Of a stretch of DNA of 64,000 nt, positions 32,309 through 40,203 are shown in pieces. Position numbers and translations under genes: made by a program. The DNA lies in IMG/VR virus record IMGVR_UViG_3300008111_000022; one strand, 5' to 3'. This stretch comes from an uncultured virus (IMG/VR IMGVR_UViG_3300008111_000022). Taxonomy: Duplodnaviria > Heunggongvirae > Uroviricota > Caudoviricetes. Position 1 is the first letter of the stretch, and every line of letters begins with the position of its first letter. The notes beneath the pieces were generated by a model that did not search any database, was not told the origin of the DNA, and saw only the letters and a program-made list of their open reading frames with translations.

Positions 32309-32650
32309 TTAACGATCTACTTCCCGAAGACTATAAGAATCTGAATTTAAATATTTTAAAATTTCAAGTGCAATTAATCGTGGATTTCCTTCTCCACATG
32401 TATATACATCCACGGCAATGCATCCGTTTTCTGGCCAAGTATGGCACGATACATGACTCTCTGCTAGTGCCACAACGACCGTACAACCCTGTGGAAGAAA
32501 GCAATGTGAGAAAGTATTCAGAATAGTCATTTTGGCACGGTTAATGCCTCTTATCATTGCTTCTTGAAGTGATTTCACGTCATTAATCGCTTCAAAATTA
32601 ACACCATACACCTCTAGAAGCAGGTGTTTACCCATCGGAAACTGTTTCAA
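32309..32650 (-). CDS. speD: S-adenosylmethionine decarboxylase proenzyme family
   Basis: GKHLLLE, LAE|SHVSCHTWPE self-cleavage motif, VDVYTCG. The ATG at 32635 may be the true start. Confidence 0.9.
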   Translation of the reverse strand: MKQFPMGKHLLLEVYGVNFEAINDVKSLQEAMIRGINRAKMTILNTFSHCFLPQGCTVVVALAESHVSCHTWPENGCIAVDVYTCGEGNPRLIALEILKYLNSDSYSLREVDR

Positions 32651-32673
32651 TTCACTTGATTGAAAAAATCTAT

Positions 32674-33264
32674 TTAGTTAATGTAAAATCCTTTGCGAAA
32701 ATACTCCCCATCATCAATAAATTTCATATTTTCAACTTTTTCTTCGTCCCAAACGGGTATTGCAACCGAGTTTCCATGCCTAAAATCAGGATTTCTACGA
32801 AAATGCACTTCAATTAGGTTTCCATTGATAAATTCGCAGTTGATCCAGTCATAGTCACCCTTTAAATTATTTAAAATTTCTGGAAATTCAATATTACAGT
32901 CGATTTTTTCCCATTTTTTCCATTTATAGTATGGATCAGAATCATCTTTAGTGCCGACGACAACGAGTTCCGACCATTTTTTGTAATAATCGACACTTAA
33001 ATGAGTGCCAGTGAAGATTTCACACCAAAATTCTGCAGGGTGAAAGTGATCTGTCTCATTTTCGACCCATTCTTTACGTGCAAACCGACCCATACCAAGT
33101 AAATTGAATGATGGTCGGACAATATAAAAGTCGGGTTTAGGTACCGTGGTACCGACTGGACCACAAGTATAACCTAAAACCCGACTTAAGAATAATTTAT
33201 TGTATATCCAAAGGTCTGATGGATGAATATTGTACCATTCATCATCTCCCTCTAGATAGTACAT
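32674..33264 (-). CDS. Hypothetical protein
   Basis: 196-aa ORF; WINCEFINGNLIEVHFRRNPDF is weakly reminiscent of an ATP-grasp C-terminus. Confidence 0.6.
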   Translation of the reverse strand: MYYLEGDDEWYNIHPSDLWIYNKLFLSRVLGYTCGPVGTTVPKPDFYIVRPSFNLLGMGRFARKEWVENETDHFHPAEFWCEIFTGTHLSVDYYKKWSELVVVGTKDDSDPYYKWKKWEKIDCNIEFPEILNNLKGDYDWINCEFINGNLIEVHFRRNPDFRHGNSVAIPVWDEEKVENMKFIDDGEYFRKGFYIN

Positions 33265-33411
33265 TTATTTTCCCTGCCCACGGTATTTTTTTCTGGCACC
33301 ATTACGAGACGTTGCTGCGTATTTAGTACCACCACCATCACCCTGCCGAGACTTTTTCGGAGGACCGGGGATATAAGAACTTTTATTTAAACCGACTTTT
33401 GCTTTGGCCAT
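33265..33411 (-). CDS. Small very basic protein (48 aa)
   Basis: Below the track cutoff: MAKAKVGLNKSSYIPGPPKKSRQGDGGGTKYAATSRNGARKKYRGQGK; AGGAG upstream; stop abuts the next ATG. Confidence 0.7.
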   Translation of the reverse strand: MAKAKVGLNKSSYIPGPPKKSRQGDGGGTKYAATSRNGARKKYRGQGK

Positions 33412-33578
33412 ACATTATCTCCTTTTAAAATTTCAGTTTCAAGATCTTCAGGACATGGAGCACCTGTCTGATAAAATTCAATTGCCAGATCTTCCATGGT
33501 ATCGAAATATTCTTCTTCTGTTAGACCAGTGTAAATTCTACGGCCTTGACAGAGAATATTATAGCGATCGTTTGACAT
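33387..33578 (-). CDS. Conserved hypothetical protein
   Basis: 63-aa ORF packed between neighbours. Confidence 0.6.
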   Translation of the reverse strand: MSNDRYNILCQGRRIYTGLTEEEYFDTMEDLAIEFYQTGAPCPEDLETEILKGDNVWPKQKSV

Positions 33579-33582
33579 ACTA

Positions 33583-34341
33583 TCAAATCACTCTTGTTTT
33601 CTCGTGACCAACTCTAATACGTGGATCGCACCAAATTTCAAATCCTGCTTCTTTAGCATCTAAACAGAACGATACGTCTTCTCCACACATGTCCTGAACT
33701 TCACCCGATTCAAAGACTTGCATTTTAGGTGCAAACCAGGGGTACTTCATTTCGGGATGCTCAAAGACACCTTTCTTAATCAGAAGCCAACCAAAACCAG
33801 TATAATCGACAGTGAATGGTTTACGACGTTTTGAGATACTTTCAAGAGTTTCATGATTCATCACACCACCATTGTTGCGGAAATCATCTTCCTCAAGCCA
33901 GTGGGCAACAGAAGTCGTCACTCCATCTTCGGTGCAGTACCAACCAGCCGCAATGTCTTTTTCCATCAGAACAAGTTGAAAAAACTTTTCTGTATTGAAA
34001 ACAATATCGTTATCAATCCAAAGTTGCCAATCATAAGGAAGCTTGCCATCCCAGGGCAGTTGGTCAGGACCACGCAGCACATTCGCACCTAAGCACTTGC
34101 ATCTTGCAAAGTTTACCATTGATGAATAATCTTGCGAGATTTGAATGCTTGCCCCTGCCTGCACCAAGTCAAAGCAGAGTTGTACAAAACTTTTTAGGTA
34201 AGTGTAAGATACACTACGACCTGGCAGACAAAAGACAATGACTTTACCACGCACTAGTTCTCGGGCTTTTTCATAATCCCATTCTTCTACAGACCCCCCA
34301 GCTGCGGGTGCCTTTGCTTTTACAGTAAATCCTTTAGCCAT
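33583..34341 (-). CDS. Glycosyltransferase-like (GT-A) protein
   Basis: WIDND DxD motif; VDYTGFGWLLIKKGVFE; GEDVSFC...IWCDPRIRVGH. Confidence 0.65.
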   Translation of the reverse strand: MAKGFTVKAKAPAAGGSVEEWDYEKARELVRGKVIVFCLPGRSVSYTYLKSFVQLCFDLVQAGASIQISQDYSSMVNFARCKCLGANVLRGPDQLPWDGKLPYDWQLWIDNDIVFNTEKFFQLVLMEKDIAAGWYCTEDGVTTSVAHWLEEDDFRNNGGVMNHETLESISKRRKPFTVDYTGFGWLLIKKGVFEHPEMKYPWFAPKMQVFESGEVQDMCGEDVSFCLDAKEAGFEIWCDPRIRVGHEKTRVI

Positions 34342-34363
34342 AATTGATTGTAATTACTTCAAT

Positions 34364-34392
34364 ATCATACTCTATTATGTATGGCATGTCAA
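34364..34392 (-). promoter_or_regulatory. Sigma70-type promoter TTGACA-17-TATGAT
   Basis: Read directly; 22 bp upstream of the ORF starting at 34341. Confidence 0.7.
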
Positions 34393-34559
34393 TCTCTTTC
34401 AGATAGGATAATTTCCGCACCAGATAACTCTAATTTAATTTCTGTATCTTCGTACCAATCTAAGTCATTAATTAATTCTTCTGGTATTACAAGATAATAC
34501 TCCCCAGTAATTGGATCGACTTGTAGGGGCTTAAAAATTTCTCCGGAATTTTTTCTCAT
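34389..34559 (-). CDS. AbrB/MazE-like small protein
   Basis: Not in the track: MRKNSGEIFKPLQVDPITGEYYLVIPEELINDLDWYEDTEIKLELSGAEIILSERD; fits the swapped-hairpin pattern. Confidence 0.6.
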   Translation of the reverse strand: MRKNSGEIFKPLQVDPITGEYYLVIPEELINDLDWYEDTEIKLELSGAEIILSERD

Positions 34560-34730
34560 TTACATCAAACTTATTTTTATTTTTTATATATTAAAAAAAA
34601 TTTTTATATTCGTTGTATAGAGAGATGGCAAAAGCAAGACTTTATAGATTACAGGGACCCATGGGTTTTATATAACGGCGGCAACCCCCGAACCGCACGG
34701 GCACGGGGGCACTGTCTTGGTCACGAACGA

Positions 34731-34919
34731 TCAGGCAGGGGCACCGCTGCGGATGTGACGGTTGGCATGACCTGCTTTCACTGCAGGTCGCCATGCGGTC
34801 TTGCTGCCTCCAACCTGAGACATGGTTGCCTCACCCGTACGGGGACCACGGACGGGCAGACGGGTGATCTTGAATTGACCTGCTGCGATTGCTGCGTTCA
34901 GTTCGGTTGCGGTCATGAT
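34731..34919 (-). CDS. Small early protein
   Basis: Own promoter TTGACC-16-TACAAT (34943-34970), so the start is probably MMTATEL rather than the track start. Confidence 0.55.
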   Translation of the reverse strand: MMTATELNAAIAAGQFKITRLPVRGPRTGEATMSQVGGSKTAWRPAVKAGHANRHIRSGAPA

Positions 34920-34966
34920 GGGGGGTCGGTTGACTTGAGAGTATTGTAGCAGATCGGGGGCAGGGG

Positions 34967-35138
34967 TCAACCCTGCTTCAGGTCATCCCGAAAGACATCA
35001 GCGAACTGCCCTGCGATGGCATAGGCAGAGATGCCCAATTGGGGCTGAAGACGTGACCCCATGAGGGAGTCGTCGTTGCCACGGGCAGTCCAAACGATTT
35101 GACGGGTACGGAGGTCGGTTGACTGAGAGAGGATCATG
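34967..35138 (-). CDS. Small early protein
   Basis: MILSQSTDLRTRQIVW...; TAGGAT -10 box near 35159-35164. Confidence 0.5.
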
Positions 35139-35175
35139 GGGGTCGTTTGAACTGAGATCATCCTAGCAGATCGGG

Positions 35176-35313
35176 TCACCAGATCACGGGGTTGCCTTCA
35201 AAATCCGTAACAGTGCCCTGCTCCGTATCGGTGGCAATGCTCTCCAGGATCTCCAGGAGTTGGGTGCCAGTGGTGGCACGGTTCAGCAGGGAGGTAGCGA
35301 GATCTTTGGTCAT
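35176..35313 (-). CDS. Small early protein (45 aa)
   Basis: MTKDLATSLLNRATTG...EGNPVIW; TATACT at 35336-35341. Confidence 0.55.
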   Translation of the reverse strand: MTKDLATSLLNRATTGTQLLEILESIATDTEQGTVTDFEGNPVIW

Positions 35314-35346
35314 GGGTCTGTGTGTTGACTGAATCAGTATAAGGGG

Positions 35347-35520
35347 TCAGAGGGGCATCAGATGATCGAACTGTGCCAGAGAGGAAGGTGCCACGTGGGC
35401 AGGAGATCCACAGGATCGATAGAAGTCCACCATGCACTCTGCCTCTGCCAGACTGGTGAACCATTGAGACCTCCACTCACAGGAGTTGTAGGGGGTCTGG
35501 TAACGGACTTCGATTCGCAT
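35347..35520 (-). CDS. Small early protein (57 aa)
   Basis: MRIEVRYQTPYNSCEWRSQWF...; TACAAT -10 box upstream. Confidence 0.55.
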   Translation of the reverse strand: MRIEVRYQTPYNSCEWRSQWFTSLAEAECMVDFYRSCGSPAHVAPSSLAQFDHLMPL

Positions 35521-35565
35521 GGATCGGTTGTGGTTGTGAGAGTATTGTAGCAGATCGGGGGGAGG

Positions 35566-35838
35566 TCACTCCTCCGACAGTTCCTCCATCATGTCGTTGA
35601 TTTCGATCCCATCGATGGCAGGATCATCCCATCGGCATCCGTCAGGAGTCTCCTTGCTGCCACACTCCCAAAGCATTGCCACCAGGTCCTGATAGGTGCC
35701 TCCACGTCGGGCAATGCGACGTGCCTCATGGTAGAGTCCCTCATCGTTGCCGATCCAGAGAGAGACATTCCAGGTCTCCCAGTTTGCCCATCCGTTGTAG
35801 GTTTCGGTTTCGGGGATCATGGAGGTGAGAGCGTTCAT
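35566..35838 (-). CDS. Conserved phage protein (YNGWxNxETW family)
   Basis: TYNGWANWETWNVSLWIGNDEGLY motif. Confidence 0.7.
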   Translation of the reverse strand: MNALTSMIPETETYNGWANWETWNVSLWIGNDEGLYHEARRIARRGGTYQDLVAMLWECGSKETPDGCRWDDPAIDGIEINDMMEELSEE

Positions 35839-35878
35839 GGGTGGTTGCGTGTGAGTGTATTGTAGCAGGTCAGGGGGG

Positions 35879-35989
35879 TCAGTCCCACCATCCGTTGCGG
35901 GTGTTGACCTTCATGCCCAAGGCGGCACACATCATGGGGAAACCGATGGCGACGATCATCAGGAGAGCGGCAGCAAGGTAGTGATTCAT
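35879..35989 (-). CDS. Small membrane peptide (36 aa)
   Basis: MNHYLAAALLMIVAIGFPMMCAALGMKVNTRNGWWD; own promoter at 36013-36073. Confidence 0.5.
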   Translation of the reverse strand: MNHYLAAALLMIVAIGFPMMCAALGMKVNTRNGWWD

Positions 35990-36061
35990 CGGTGGTTGTC
36001 TGAACTGAGATCAGTATAAGGGGTCAGAGGGGGGTCTTAGGGGCAGCAGTGTGCCACTCCC

Positions 36062-36958
36062 TCATGCGGCACACTGGAAACGACCGTGGTTGAAATTAGC
36101 ATTAGAAAAGACCTCACGATTCACCAGTTTGAACATACCAAACTCATTGGTCAGTACATAACCTTCGGCATCAATGCGATTCCCGTAGAGGTATGCTGCA
36201 GGACCATTGTTGCGGCAGAGATAGAGGCAGTCATCTTTGATAGACTTCACCAGTGCCCACAAACGCAGCAGGTTGGTATCACAATCGAAGTCTTCAGGGT
36301 TGACTTCCTCACCAGCACGAATGCAGGCATTGATCTGTTGCTTAATCTTTGCTGCCTCTTTATCAGTTACAAAGGTGGCAGTGGTTGCCATCTGTCGGGC
36401 AAAGTTGCAGACTTCCTCTACATCAGCAAATCGGGTTTGACCGTGTGCAATCCATGCATCAGGTTTCACGAATAGCACGGAATCAGTAGACTCCAGATTC
36501 ACCGTGAGAGGGATTGCCCAACTATCACGAAGATCTGCAATTGCCTCATAACGAGTGTGAGGTGCAATGATCACCTGTTGATCTACTACCTCTGGGAACT
36601 TGTAAGTGAGTAGGTTGGAGTTGTATTCATCAGATCCACCAAACCCGATAAAATCTCCCTGCAGAATGGAGTCTGAATGAGGAAGGCAATCATAACAAAC
36701 GTGCAGAATTTTTGCAACTTCACCATCATAGAATTGATCGATTTCTTCATGATTGTGTGCAATGCGAATCTTTACTTTGTTGAAGACTGCTTTGGTGCCA
36801 ATGAAGAACTTACCAGTTGCAGGGTTTGTGCCCCATACAATTGCGGGAGCACCGTCAATCTTAACACTGAGAGTGCCAGCAGCAGTGAACCAATCCAGAA
36901 CATCAAGATTGCCCGTGAGGATCTCATCTTCGGGGTGTTCGAGGTGTGTGTTTTTCAT
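36062..36958 (-). CDS. DUF6267-like protein with ligase/nucleotidyltransferase-like motifs
   Basis: HLEHPED N-terminus; KIDG (motif I), QGDF (III), EGYVL (IV), FKLVN (V). Confidence 0.65.
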   Translation of the reverse strand: MKNTHLEHPEDEILTGNLDVLDWFTAAGTLSVKIDGAPAIVWGTNPATGKFFIGTKAVFNKVKIRIAHNHEEIDQFYDGEVAKILHVCYDCLPHSDSILQGDFIGFGGSDEYNSNLLTYKFPEVVDQQVIIAPHTRYEAIADLRDSWAIPLTVNLESTDSVLFVKPDAWIAHGQTRFADVEEVCNFARQMATTATFVTDKEAAKIKQQINACIRAGEEVNPEDFDCDTNLLRLWALVKSIKDDCLYLCRNNGPAAYLYGNRIDAEGYVLTNEFGMFKLVNREVFSNANFNHGRFQCAA

Positions 36959-36978
36959 GCTCTTAGTATAGGGGGTGA

Positions 36979-37188
36979 TCAGTTGAACCAGTAGGCAAGT
37001 TGTGCCAGTTCCTCTGCCGTCTCTTGCAGGTTGTCAGGGGTCAGACGTGCCAGGATACGCTCCGCATCCTCCTCAGGCACGTAGGAGAGGTCACCATTGA
37101 TCTCACCTGCCAGGATCTCAGCGAGTGCGATGCAACGGTCCTGCAGGGTCATGGAGAAGTTCAATGCCTTGAGTTCGGTGCTGTTCAT
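36979..37188 (-). CDS. Small early protein, likely leaderless
   Basis: ATG 6 nt after TATACT; MNSTELKALNFSMTLQDRC... Confidence 0.6.
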   Translation of the reverse strand: MNSTELKALNFSMTLQDRCIALAEILAGEINGDLSYVPEEDAERILARLTPDNLQETAEELAQLAYWFN

Positions 37189-37294
37189 GCTCTTAGTATA
37201 GGGGGTCTGGGGGTGCTGTGGGGGTTTGGTGTCCAGTCCACGAAGTGGCACAGGGTCAGCCGCTGGGGGTGCCCTGAGATCTTATACTAAGGGC

Positions 37295-37405
37295 ACAACG
37301 GAGAGAGGGGTGAGGTAACCCCGAAGACGAAAATGATCGACACCTCCCCTGCCATAAAATAAAAAATAAAAACTATAAAAAAGGGGGCACGAATGCCCCC
37401 GAATT
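37295..37405 (+). ncRNA. Candidate small RNA
   Basis: TATACT at 37283-37288 lies 30 bp after TGGCACA; no credible ORF; internal stem; bounded by a hairpin. Confidence 0.4.
37377..37400 (-). terminator. Intrinsic terminator
   Basis: GGGGGCA-TTCG-TGCCCCC followed by TTTTTT on the minus strand, just after the stop at 37408. Confidence 0.85.
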
Positions 37406-37407
37406 CT

Positions 37408-37755
37408 TTATGCAAACATGAACCCATCTTCGAAGTCGTAGCAGTTAAACACAGGGGAAGTTCCTGCCTGCCCGATGAACTTGTGAATGAACCAATTGAA
37501 GTTCTTTTGAAATACACATTCACCCTTGATTCCGTGCTCCGAAAGAATAGCATTCAGACGGGACTTAGTTGTCTTTGACTGATAACCACCGTCAAAGATT
37601 TGCACGAAGTCATCACCAACGACTGCAATCTTGTTACCGTGAAGGTATACAGTAGACTCGTTAGTTTCGGAATCGTAAGTAACTTCGGTATTGTCACAAT
37701 GCCAGTTCAGGTTGTTAGAAATGGCATTGTTCATTTCACGTTCGATCTTACGCAT
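37408..37755 (-). CDS. Conserved cyanophage hypothetical protein
   Basis: Start MRKIERE follows promoter TTGCAA-17-CATACT; VYLHGNKIA...SKTTKSRLNAIL. Confidence 0.7.
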   Translation of the reverse strand: MRKIEREMNNAISNNLNWHCDNTEVTYDSETNESTVYLHGNKIAVVGDDFVQIFDGGYQSKTTKSRLNAILSEHGIKGECVFQKNFNWFIHKFIGQAGTSPVFNCYDFEDGFMFA

Positions 37756-37824
37756 GAGTCCGTTTCGTGTGAACAAAGGTAGTATGGACCAGATCGGGAG
37801 GCATTGCAACCCCCCTTGTGCCAC

Positions 37825-38502
37825 TTAGTCGATTGGCACATCCTCCACCAGTTCAGGGTAGTATTCTTGACACTCAGTGATCAATTCTTCGTCCGAATAC
37901 TTAGCATAACCCTCATCCAGATAATCATAACAGAGTTGGGTCATTGTTTTGAGATCCATGTCATCCAACATCTGCTGAATGAGTTGATCTTGAAGTTCAG
38001 AACGGTTCATGAGTTTCAGTTAAGAATGATACGATAATCAATGGATTTGATGCACCAACCTGTAGCAAATGTGATCTCTTCTACGAGGTCATCTTCATCA
38101 TCTGCTTCCCAGATTGTACCAAACACAACATCACGGAGTTCTTCTTTGTATTCATCAGTGACGGGTTCATCATAAGCATCATCGCTAAAATCAAAGGCGA
38201 TTTCAGTAACTTGGAATTGCATCAGTAGGTCACCAGTGCGGAAACTTTATCATACAACTGGGCGACATTCACACCCAGTTGTTCACTCACTTCATCCCAA
38301 TCTTCATGAAACTCAATGAGATCCAGCAGAGCACGAATCTCTGCTTGGTTTAGTTCAAGAACTTCAGGCATTGTTTTCAGTAATCGTAGTTTCCGTTCAG
38401 GTACTCATTCACATCGAACTTTTCATCTTTGAGTTCAGGAATGTCCATGTCGAAGATTTCACCAGGCATGTCCTGAATCTCACTCCAAAGTTCATCAAAC
38501 AT
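37825..38502 (-). other. Operon of four small acidic ORFs (38377-38502, 38222-38371, 38016-38222, 37825-38010)
   Basis: Tightly packed D/E-rich ORFs behind one promoter near 38527-38584; two are missing from the track. Confidence 0.6.
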
Positions 38503-38643
38503 GGTTCAATTTCTGACGACTTGAATACAATACACGATCTCGGTGCCCCATGGGGGTTTAGTGTACGGTTCCCCAACTGGCACAGGGTCCGCTCCGATTC
38601 TCAATAAGAAAATATTATTGAGAACGGAAACAGTTAGTGTTAC

Positions 38644-38850
38644 TTACTGACCAAAGAATTCTTCGTAAACATCAGCAATGCGATCAATCAACCAATCGGT
38701 GGCGTTTACATCAAACACCTCACAAACCCAATCCACGCAATCATTCAGATCAGTGTGATTGTTGCACATAAAATCACGCAGGGCGGGAGCAATGTCGAGA
38801 TCGAACTGGTGAACCTCAGTAGCAGTAGGCATCGCAGTGGTGTTGTTCAT
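38644..38850 (-). CDS. Small early protein, likely leaderless
   Basis: ATG 6 nt after TAATGT. Confidence 0.6.
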   Translation of the reverse strand: MNNTTAMPTATEVHQFDLDIAPALRDFMCNNHTDLNDCVDWVCEVFDVNATDWLIDRIADVYEEFFGQ

Positions 38851-38901
38851 GTGTACACATTAGGGCATCAGGGGGCACAGCACAAGGGGGGTTGTGCCAG
38901 T

Positions 38902-39216
38902 TCAACGATTGGCACACACGTAGTTGTAAACATTGCGGCAATCTTGGTACAGTGCCTTACACTCAGGCACGAACACGTTCTTGACCCATGCCCAGAAAGT
39001 CTTGGCACCTTCGATGACACGAAGCACGAAAAGTTGAGTCCGTTCGGTCATATTGTGCTCTTGCCACTTCTCAGCAGTGATCATAGCAATTGCAGCAACG
39101 AATGCACAGAAGATCTCAACACCATCCATGAAAGTGTTGAAGTGTTTCTTATAATCAATCTCGGCGATCATCTCCACGAAAGCATCAGCAGGAGGGAAAG
39201 ATTTGGTCAGTTCCAT
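38902..39216 (-). CDS. Hypothetical protein
   Basis: 104 aa; promoter TTGCGG-17-TATGTT plus palindrome upstream. Confidence 0.65.
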   Translation of the reverse strand: MELTKSFPPADAFVEMIAEIDYKKHFNTFMDGVEIFCAFVAAIAMITAEKWQEHNMTERTQLFVLRVIEGAKTFWAWVKNVFVPECKALYQDCRNVYNYVCANR

Positions 39217-39417
39217 TGTTGTTTTGTGTGGCGGGTTGTTGTAGAGAATTCCTCAACCACGAAACCAACATAAAATATTTTTCAGCAATCCGCAAGGGGG
39301 TCTGTGCCACCACGTGGATTGGCACACGGGCAGCTGCCATTCTCAATAAGAAAATATTATTGAGAATCAATAAGAGTACTGTTATTGAGAATAAGACCAA
39401 TTAATCAACTGGCACAT

Positions 39418-39576
39418 TCACCAATCGATATCGAATTCCTTGATGCTAGCATGTACATCTTCGTCAGATTCTAGTCCTAGGATATCTCGCCAATTGAGAT
39501 CTTCTAGTTCTAAATCATCATAACACATGAGATCTAGTGTGACGCGTACCATACGCTTTGTGTGTGTCGCAGGCAT
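39418..39576 (-). CDS. Small acidic protein (52 aa)
   Basis: MPATHTKRMVRVTLDLMCYDDLELEDLNWRDILGLESDEDVHASIKEFDIDW; not in the track. Confidence 0.6.
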   Translation of the reverse strand: MPATHTKRMVRVTLDLMCYDDLELEDLNWRDILGLESDEDVHASIKEFDIDW

Positions 39577-39607
39577 GTGATTCTCGTGCGTGGTGTGCTA
39601 CATTCTA

Positions 39608-39769
39608 TCATGCATAATGTATATACGCAAGTGTATCATAGTCTTGCGTATCTCGTGCATAATCCTCGTCGATGTCTACGTCACGTTGTGCATAATTCTC
39701 GTAATACGTATCCTCGTCGAGATTATAATCGTTACTGAAAGTGTAGTCGAGATCGTAATCGTCGTACAT
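39608..39769 (-). CDS. Asp/Tyr-rich small protein (53 aa)
   Basis: MYDDYDLDYTFSNDYNLDEDTYYENY...; promoter TTGCAA-17-TATACT at 39800-39828. Confidence 0.55.
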   Translation of the reverse strand: MYDDYDLDYTFSNDYNLDEDTYYENYAQRDVDIDEDYARDTQDYDTLAYIHYA

Positions 39770-39950
39770 AATGCTCGTCGAGATTGTGTAACTAGATGTA
39801 GTATAGCATAGTCTCGACGAGTTTGCAAGCCTTATGATGCACCGTCTCGTCGAGATCATAATGATATATATGTATTCTTGTCGAGATTTGTTAAGAAATG
39901 CTTATAAGTCTCGTCGAGATTTGTGTGGGTCTCGTAATATCTCGTCGGGG
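39665..39950. repeat. Array of nine TCTCG-W-CGAGA quasi-palindromic repeats, some degenerate
   Basis: Centres at 39669, 39717, 39747, 39778, 39817, 39850, 39881, 39914, 39945. Confidence 0.85.
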
Positions 39951-39953
39951 GTC

Positions 39954-39982
39954 TTGACATTGAGACCTTCGTGTGTTATAAT
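39954..39982 (+). promoter_or_regulatory. Perfect sigma70 consensus promoter TTGACA-17-TATAAT with extended -10 TG
   Basis: TTGACA 39954-39959, TATAAT 39977-39982; points into non-coding DNA. Confidence 0.8.
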
Positions 39983-40203
39983 CCGCAGACTTAACTCACA
40001 AGTCCTAGAGGCATTTATGAGACTTTTAGAAGGTATTAAACACAAGTCCTAGAAGGGTTTAGAAGGCATTTAGAAGACCTATTCTCAACTATATTCTCAA
40101 TTGATTCTCAATAATTATCATCTTATTGAGAATGTTATAAAACAATAACATATATTTTTTAATACCTTTTTTAATTAACTTTAACCTTATTTTGTATCAA
40201 TCA

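Noticed and set aside
34700..39600. Integron cassette array with attC sites
   Set aside because: No GTTRRRY/RYYYAAC-bounded long imperfect palindromes and no integrase; the repeats are promoter-shaped.
39665..39950. CRISPR mini-array
   Set aside because: Repeats are only about 11 bp, the period is about 32 bp in total, one copy is inverted, and no cas genes are in the window.
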